Below are positions 37,834-43,449 of a stretch of 43,449 nt of DNA, one piece after another. The notes under the pieces are model-generated. The model was not told the DNA's origin. It was given only the letters and a program-made list of their open reading frames with translations, and ran no database searches. The DNA is from an uncultured virus (IMG/VR IMGVR_UViG_2576861739_000001) (taxonomy: Duplodnaviria; Heunggongvirae; Uroviricota; Caudoviricetes), in IMG/VR virus record IMGVR_UViG_2576861739_000001; one strand, written 5' to 3'. Position 1 is the stretch's first letter. Every line of letters starts with the position of its first letter. The position numbers and the translations under genes were made by a program.

Positions 37834-38012
37834 CAGTTCCTCTGGGCTTGCTCAATGGCTTGCCTCTGCCGTTCACACAGCCCCTGCAGCGATACACTCC
37901 AGAAAGCGATATCGCGCGGCCGCATCTCCAAGATTTCAGCCGCGCTCAGTCTTAGTTCGCGGATGAGGCCTGCGAGGATGATGTTCCACTCGTCTGGCCA
38001 TTGTCCAAAAAA
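37833..38012 (-). CDS. Chaperone C-terminal extension (gpE'/GT-like), read in the -1 frame
   Basis: T-TTT-TTG at 38006-38012; -1 frame FFGQWPDEWNIILAGLIRELRLSAAEILEMRPRDIAFW..RN ends at a TGA overlapping the tape measure ATG. Confidence 0.75.
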   Translation of the reverse strand, partial: FFGQWPDEWNIILAGLIRELRLSAAEILEMRPRDIAFWSVSLQGLCERQRQAIEQAQRN

Positions 38013-38317
38013 GTGCCTGCAACCTGAGACAGCAGCAGATAATCAGATGCCGTCACGTTATTGACGAACGCATCGCCCATTGGGCCAGACAACTGCATGG
38101 ATGCCAAAATCATGGACTCAGTGCGCGAGCCTTCGCCTTTGGCATTCAGCATCGCCACCATGTCTTTCCCCTTCAGGGGCATCATCGTGACAGCGGTCAC
38201 TGGCGCGCCGTCAGTAGTGAGCTGCACAGGTGTTGACAGCTGAACAATAACAGCACCCGTGCCATCAGTGCTTTTCGTAACGGCAGGATTAGAGAACACG
38301 TCTGTTTTATCGGTCAT
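37952..38317 (-). CDS. Tail assembly chaperone (Mu gp41-like)
   Basis: L.TPV......V..V.M.P..G.DM..D Y pattern; between tube and tape measure; start set at ATG 38317. Confidence 0.75.
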   Translation of the reverse strand: MTDKTDVFSNPAVTKSTDGTGAVIVQLSTPVQLTTDGAPVTAVTMMPLKGKDMVAMLNAKGEGSRTESMILASMQLSGPMGDAFVNNVTASDYLLLSQVAGTFLDNGQTSGTSSSQASSAN

Positions 38318-38673
38318 TTTACGATCTCTGAATATGTTGAGAAATTCCACGTGACAGGGCATTTGCCGCCATCATCTGTCATTGTGGGCGCATCGGTGAT
38401 GAACGCATCCGGGCTTACCCATGTCTGCCCGGTATCGGCTTTGAATTGCAGTTCGCCTTCATCGCCTGGGCTGAACGTCGCCAACGACTGCCCCTTCAGG
38501 AGCAGCGTGGTGGCCTTTACTTCACCTGCCTGAAATTCCTGACTGCGATGCGCTGTCATGCCGGCCACCTGTGTCACGTTGCGGACACCGGACAGCCGAA
38601 GGGAACTACCTTTCTGGCAATCGTATTTCTGGCCATTCCACCAGACGGCAACAATACCTACGGCCTGAGCCAT
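38314..38673 (-). CDS. Tail tube protein (Mu gpM-like)
   Basis: 119 aa directly after the sheath; DTGQTWV..DAF motif. Confidence 0.8.
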   Translation of the reverse strand: MAQAVGIVAVWWNGQKYDCQKGSSLRLSGVRNVTQVAGMTAHRSQEFQAGEVKATTLLLKGQSLATFSPGDEGELQFKADTGQTWVSPDAFITDAPTMTDDGGKCPVTWNFSTYSEIVK

Positions 38674-38675
38674 TC

Positions 38676-40163
38676 TTACACCTGCAATTCAATGGAGCTG
38701 GCGAGAACAATCAGGCTACCAATCACTTTAATCGGCAGCTGGCAGTTCACGCGGTCTCGGTCTGTCGCGTCGCGCTCAAAAACAGCCTGGGCACCAAGCG
38801 CATCCGCATCTTCAATCCAGCCTGCGGCCTCATACAGCTTCGTCTGGCCAACCCATGATCCCAGCAAACTGGATGGCGTCACAACATTCGCGCCCGCGAC
38901 ATTCACCAGCACAGACCCATCATCTGCCAGTTTTGCGCGTGGATAGGTTTCTGTAACGTAGGTATTCCATTCATACCGCACACGGCTGGCCGTTTTCGGA
39001 ACCATGATATCCAGCCATGCCGTAGTAGGCACACCTTCATCATCCGTCTGGCGTGTTGTCACCACACGTTCCAGAACAACGCGACCATCCTGCGTCACGT
39101 TGAATGTGCTCATGCCTTTGCTCAACAGCACATTGCGCATGTCATCATCAAACAGATCCGCATCATCCGGCGCCATGCCAGCCAATGCCGTCAGTTCCAG
39201 TGTGCGCAACTGGCGTGCGGGGTCGGTATTCAATGCGGCAGATGCAACAGCACACAGAGAAGCAGCTGCTGACCACGGCGAGAACCGGGCATTGGCGGCG
39301 GGCAACACAGACATGAACTCACAGTTCAGGCTGGCTGCCAGCGTCAGTGCTTCGCCATATGTCGCACGCACGCCAACGTAAACGTGCGTGTCCAGCTTTG
39401 CCATCGCACCAAACCGACGGCGGCTTTCGGTTGCCAGTTCAGTCAGGGTGTTTCCGTCATTCGGCAAGCACGCAATGTCGGTGTACCAAGTGTTGCTGAC
39501 CGCAGCGAGCGCACCGGAAATATCTACTTCACCTGCGCCTGCGGCAGTTTGTGCAACAGTCAGGTTCATACCTGCAACGCCATCGCCATATTGCGTGCTC
39601 ACCCGCACATCAATATCGCCCGTCCACGCGCCTTTATCGACAGATGTCAGTGTCAGAACACCAGATGTGGCATCTGCTGTCGCTTTCACGCCAGTGGAAA
39701 CCACCAGATCATCAGTCCAAGCGGCAGCCAGAGCAGCCCCAACATCAGCGGCTTTCATGCCACTGGTCACAGTAGCGGCAATGCGTAGGCCAGACACATA
39801 CAACGCCACAGTGCCAGAACCCGTTGCGGTTCCATCAGGCGTTACAGTCCATGTGGCAGCCGCAGCTCCCGATGGCGCTGAAACCATGATCAGATCCGCA
39901 AGTGTGTAAGGCGCATCTGTCACAAAGTCAGAAACCATCCGTGCCGTGGCAGATCCTGCTCCAGCCAAAGCTTGAGCCTGAGCTGCGCCAACGTTGGGGT
40001 AAACCGTCAGCGGCTTCCCAGTGCCAGATGTGCCAACCACACCAATCAGCAAAACACGCAGGGGCATATCCGTAAGTGCGGTGCCTGATGTTTTGGCAAC
40101 AACCTGTGCATATGCTCCAGGCACGCGATAGCCTGTTGGCACCTGTGATACGGTAATCGTCAT
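38676..40163 (-). CDS. Tail sheath protein (Mu gpL-like)
   Basis: VP...RVPG.Y, G.GS...RM, DPARQLRTL.L, RN.LL..G.ST and YPRAKLADDG motifs. Confidence 0.93.
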   Translation of the reverse strand: MTITVSQVPTGYRVPGAYAQVVAKTSGTALTDMPLRVLLIGVVGTSGTGKPLTVYPNVGAAQAQALAGAGSATARMVSDFVTDAPYTLADLIMVSAPSGAAAATWTVTPDGTATGSGTVALYVSGLRIAATVTSGMKAADVGAALAAAWTDDLVVSTGVKATADATSGVLTLTSVDKGAWTGDIDVRVSTQYGDGVAGMNLTVAQTAAGAGEVDISGALAAVSNTWYTDIACLPNDGNTLTELATESRRRFGAMAKLDTHVYVGVRATYGEALTLAASLNCEFMSVLPAANARFSPWSAAASLCAVASAALNTDPARQLRTLELTALAGMAPDDADLFDDDMRNVLLSKGMSTFNVTQDGRVVLERVVTTRQTDDEGVPTTAWLDIMVPKTASRVRYEWNTYVTETYPRAKLADDGSVLVNVAGANVVTPSSLLGSWVGQTKLYEAAGWIEDADALGAQAVFERDATDRDRVNCQLPIKVIGSLIVLASSIELQV

Positions 40164-40369
40164 TTCGGAGCAGCCTCCTTATTCGCGGAGACAGACACAG
40201 GCTTTGTCTCGGTCACAGGTTTGGCGTCAACAGGCACGATATCGCCAAAACGCAGCAGACGTGCCCAGAACGGATCACGCTCGTTTACGCTGAACACCTC
40301 CGCAGGACATTTTCTCCCACGCGCATCCAGCACCGTGCGTCCCTTTGGCACGGTTACTTTTACAGTCAT
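40160..40369 (-). CDS. Mu gp38-like (DUF2635) protein
   Basis: P.GR.V.D..G...P....V....FW.R....GD pattern just before the sheath. Confidence 0.75.
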   Translation of the reverse strand: MTVKVTVPKGRTVLDARGRKCPAEVFSVNERDPFWARLLRFGDIVPVDAKPVTETKPVSVSANKEAAPK

Positions 40370-40995
40370 GTTTGGTCTCTCACGTTCAGAACGGTATCGG
40401 GCGCTGCCTGACCGTTCACCTGGGCTTTCTCTGCCAATCGCAGGAAATCATTCAGTCCATCCTGCATGGCCGCATCAGAACCGGCGTCAAAACCCACATC
40501 TGGAAACACGATGTTCAGGGCAACAAGCGCCATGCGTTCTTCCAGCCAGTCCGCTGTGGGAGGTAATTCAGCAACCTGCATTTCGGCAGTGCCAACACCC
40601 TTTAGCGTCCATCCATCCAGCATGGCGGCCGCCATGGACATAACGCCCGCAACGCCCATGCCGCGCAGCTGGCCGCTGCCTAGCATCAATGCTTCAGGCG
40701 TGGTGTGTTGCAGGGCAATAAAGACAGGGAACGTCATGTCACCACGGAAAAATCCCGAACTCAGACGGGAAGATCGCTTCCATGATGCAAATGATACTGC
40801 CACCAAGGGACTGGTTTTTAAGACCGCATCCCACATTTTCTTGCCCGCATTTGGCGCAATGATGTGATGTGTAAAAAACTTTTCCTGAAAGGCAATTTTA
40901 AGCCTCTTCGAAAGAGCTTTCAGCACATACGCAATCGGTCCGCCATTCAGCAGAAAGTCTGGATATTGGTTATCTGGCAGCTGTCGCGTTACCAT
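40366..40995 (-). CDS. Mu gp37-like tail terminator
   Basis: Position between the gp36 and gp38 homologues; weak motif match; start set at ATG 40995. Confidence 0.6.
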   Translation of the reverse strand: MVTRQLPDNQYPDFLLNGGPIAYVLKALSKRLKIAFQEKFFTHHIIAPNAGKKMWDAVLKTSPLVAVSFASWKRSSRLSSGFFRGDMTFPVFIALQHTTPEALMLGSGQLRGMGVAGVMSMAAAMLDGWTLKGVGTAEMQVAELPPTADWLEERMALVALNIVFPDVGFDAGSDAAMQDGLNDFLRLAEKAQVNGQAAPDTVLNVRDQT

Positions 40996-41411
40996 AGTTT
41001 GTTTGCCCTTATGGAGCACGGGCGCGCAGCCACACGTGACCAGGTGTTTGAACTATCGTTCACAGCAGTTACATCCAGTGTGGCGCGGCCCGCACCAATA
41101 TCCGCCAACCATTGCAGGGCATCCTTGCGGCCAATCCTGATTTTATCGGATGGATCGACTGCTTCTCCCTGACACAGCTCGTAGCGTGCCAATGCGCACA
41201 CAGCGCGAACAAGAGAGAGCTGACGCGGCCGAATTGGTAACGCATACCGGCGCTGGAGGTAGCTATCTGCAACAGCAGAGGCTTCTTCCAGGGCACGGTT
41301 GATACGATCCACATCCATACTACCGCGTTCACGGTCCAGCGTGGATGTGGCATCGCACAGTTCCTGCTGGCCGAAGCGGTCAATCATGTCCTGAATGGTG
41401 GCGTAGGCCAT
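40989..41411 (-). CDS. Mu gp36 (DUF1320) head-tail adaptor
   Basis: MAYAT..DM..RFG..EL, AS...DSYL..RY.LP, C.LARY.L and AL.WL..I..G motifs. Confidence 0.9.
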   Translation of the reverse strand: MAYATIQDMIDRFGQQELCDATSTLDRERGSMDVDRINRALEEASAVADSYLQRRYALPIRPRQLSLVRAVCALARYELCQGEAVDPSDKIRIGRKDALQWLADIGAGRATLDVTAVNDSSNTWSRVAARPCSIRANKLW

Positions 41412-41806
41412 CAGGAAACTTCCACGATTTCCAGCAGCGGCTCTTTCCGCATCGCATTAAGCTGCTTTTCGGTCAGTTTTCGCTTCGGGTAAATGGCCAC
41501 AGATGGATGTTCGATACCGGCACGCCGGAAGCCGGGATCACGGCACACCACAATAATTTCCCCTGGGCGAACAACACAGCGGTGCCCATTGGAGGTCACA
41601 CAAACTGCATGCTCAAAGGTTTCCACCGCTTCTTCAAGCGCCTTTTCACGCAGATCCGTAGTCCGGTCTGCCCCTTCTTCAGGAACTGACGAGGAAAGAT
41701 CAGAAATCTGTTCCTGAACTTCCTTATTTACCAGATCCTGCAATGCTTCGTCCTGGTCAGGAGGCGTGACGCCAGCTGGAAGTTTACGTTTTGGAGAATG
41801 TGCCAT
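41411..41806 (-). CDS. Mu gp35 / HI1506-related protein
   Basis: GFRRAGI.H......LT..QL.....EP.L motif after the capsid gene. Confidence 0.75.
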   Translation of the reverse strand: MAHSPKRKLPAGVTPPDQDEALQDLVNKEVQEQISDLSSSVPEEGADRTTDLREKALEEAVETFEHAVCVTSNGHRCVVRPGEIIVVCRDPGFRRAGIEHPSVAIYPKRKLTEKQLNAMRKEPLLEIVEVS

Positions 41807-41808
41807 GT

Positions 41809-42759
41809 TTATGCTCCATTACCACCGTTCAAGCGCGGCGCTACAACCGGCGTCACAATGTCCTCAGCCGGGTTGGAACCCGGCAACCATGTCTTGCCAT
41901 CGGGAGCCAGCACTGGAACCATGCCGCCCTTCACCACAGCATTCGCCTGACGCCTAAGAGTGGACGGCACAAACAAATGTGTTGGCTGAATGCCATAAGG
42001 CTCACCATCCACGCGGCGTTGGAGCGCCATGGCCGCAATAGCATCAGAAAGACTTTCAACCGTCAGGGGACGGATGGAACGATAGGCAAATTGATACATG
42101 CCGCAGCCTGCGGCACACCGGCCGTCAATGCCCCACACGAATTCCTTTTCGTTGAAAACATTTCCGTCTGTGAGCTGTGTCTTGGGCGTAATCGTGAACG
42201 GCCGGCGGTTCTGGTAAATGATCGGCTTCAGAGGATCATCACATTTGAACAGATACCATGCAGGCCCGGCGGTTTCGCCTTCCTGCGGGGTAGCATTGTT
42301 TGAATAGGATATTTCCTTGCCATTCTCATCATAAGTGGTGTGATCAGCATCAAAGAAATACTGACCGTCCATGCACTTTGTGGTCGTACCACTGTTGATG
42401 ATCCCATATGCCAGCTTATCCGGCATGATGGCAGCCTCTTTACCCAGCTGAGCAAGAACAGGCTTGTAGATCCCGAACTGATCATCTTCCAGATCGTCCC
42501 GGTCAATTGCCAACGTATTTTCATATGTCTCGTTGACGACAGAAAACGCACCTGCCTTGAGACGATTGATGACGCGCGAACCAACCCATTTCCGCATGCC
42601 AGGAAATTCAGCCAGACGCGGATAGAAATTCGCGCCAGATTTGGACGGCACGTTCATGACAAACGGCCCGCTGGTGGGCGTCGCCACCTGAAGGAACTTA
42701 TTAAATTCAGTTCTGATCTCAGTTGTCAGACCCTGAATATTTGGAGAATTGATTTCCAT
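41809..42759 (-). CDS. Mu gpT major head protein
   Basis: L.EFPGMR.WVG.R, N..YE.T..I.RDD.EDDQ.GIY.P, DGQYFFD.DH and KPIIYQ.RR motifs. Confidence 0.95.
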   Translation of the reverse strand: MEINSPNIQGLTTEIRTEFNKFLQVATPTSGPFVMNVPSKSGANFYPRLAEFPGMRKWVGSRVINRLKAGAFSVVNETYENTLAIDRDDLEDDQFGIYKPVLAQLGKEAAIMPDKLAYGIINSGTTTKCMDGQYFFDADHTTYDENGKEISYSNNATPQEGETAGPAWYLFKCDDPLKPIIYQNRRPFTITPKTQLTDGNVFNEKEFVWGIDGRCAAGCGMYQFAYRSIRPLTVESLSDAIAAMALQRRVDGEPYGIQPTHLFVPSTLRRQANAVVKGGMVPVLAPDGKTWLPGSNPAEDIVTPVVAPRLNGGNGA

Positions 42760-42762
42760 ACT

Positions 42763-43209
42763 TCAGTCCACCAGCACGAACGGCGTGCCGTTTTCATCAA
42801 ACCCAACCAGAGTGCCGACCTGCAGACGGGCAGCACCACTGGTGGGTGTTTCGGTCAAGGAGACGGTTTCATCATCCACGGCGTAAACGGGCTTTTTCAC
42901 ATCAGCCCACGTGGGTTCCGTATCAAACGGCAATGCCCAGGCACCTTTTTCCAACCAAACATGGCCAGCGCCCACAGCAGGGCCAAACGTGTTGGGAGTG
43001 CCTGTATTGTCCTGCCCATGCCGAGCAATGCCGCCAATCGCCACAATAGCCTTGGGCGTGCCAGTAGCTCCGGCCTGCACAATGGTTCCATCTGCGCACA
43101 CGCCACAAATGGATCCACGATACACTTTGAAACCCGCAGCAACAGGCAATCCGAATTCAGGATTGGCTGCAGACTTCTTTTCCTGAAGGACGCGATCAGA
43201 GGTTAGCAA
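42763..43209 (-). CDS. Putative head decoration / cement protein
   Basis: LT.DR, PVAAG..VY.GS, DNTG and VYAVDDETV motifs; TTG start with GAGGAGG RBS. Confidence 0.7.
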   Translation of the reverse strand: MLTSDRVLQEKKSAANPEFGLPVAAGFKVYRGSICGVCADGTIVQAGATGTPKAIVAIGGIARHGQDNTGTPNTFGPAVGAGHVWLEKGAWALPFDTEPTWADVKKPVYAVDDETVSLTETPTSGAARLQVGTLVGFDENGTPFVLVD

Positions 43210-43449
43210 GGCTTTTCACCTCCTCATCACTGAAGACGAGGCCAGGCGCGATAGGTTTGCCCTTCGCATCTTTATTCGGCTTATCTGCACCGCTGGAATG
43301 GCGGCTCAACTGGTCGTCAGGAACATCAGGCAAGTTCGCAATGATGCTTTTCGCCAGATCAACCTTGCCTTCAGCATGCAACGTGATCAGGTCGGCCTTC
43401 AGCGTGTCATTGATGACCTTTCGGGTCATTTCATTCTCGACGCGGATTT
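43196..43449 (-). CDS. C-terminal part of the Mu gpI protease/scaffold (5' end outside the window)
   Basis: Frame is open to the window edge; position upstream of the decoration and capsid genes; ends FSDEEVKSLANL. Confidence 0.6.
   Translation of the reverse strand, partial: IRVENEMTRKVINDTLKADLITLHAEGKVDLAKSIIANLPDVPDDQLSRHSSGADKPNKDAKGKPIAPGLVFSDEEVKSLANL

Larger units (their letters stand above)
26076..43449 (-). mobile_element. Mu-like transposable prophage, late region and right end (continues beyond the window)
   Basis: Gene order I-T-gp35/36/37/38-L-M-chaperone-TMP-N-gp44/45/46/47/48-fibre matches phage Mu; candidate TG terminus at 26076. Confidence 0.92.

Overview
The window looks like an alphaproteobacterial chromosome, probably Acetobacteraceae (inferred from the Hint-domain protein type and gene content, not checked). 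It holds two unrelated contractile-tail phage gene sets, both on the minus strand, separated by about 7 kb of host-type genes. (1) 1-19050: a compact, apparently intact myovirus-type virion operon (TerS-like, TerL, DUF1073 portal, DUF2213 protease/scaffold, decoration, DUF2184 capsid, neck, DUF3383 sheath, tube, frameshifting chaperone, baseplate, fibre). No integrase, repressor or replication genes lie upstream of it, several genes look shortened or missing, and the housekeeping gene trhO sits on the opposite strand between TerL and portal. This is the main candidate for an undescribed system: a domesticated, gene-transfer-agent-like particle with a contractile tail. (2) 19254-26055: a membrane protein, an OafA-type acyltransferase, a B12-binding radical SAM enzyme, a degenerate Hint-domain protein and a catalytically degenerate serine recombinase. 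(3) 26076 to the window end: the late region of a Mu-like transposable prophage, with a plausible TG right end, unusual right-end accessory genes and a multi-gene fibre cassette. Family assignments come from recognising motifs and gene order by eye; no searches were run. Some start codons were moved from the ORF track to more plausible ones.
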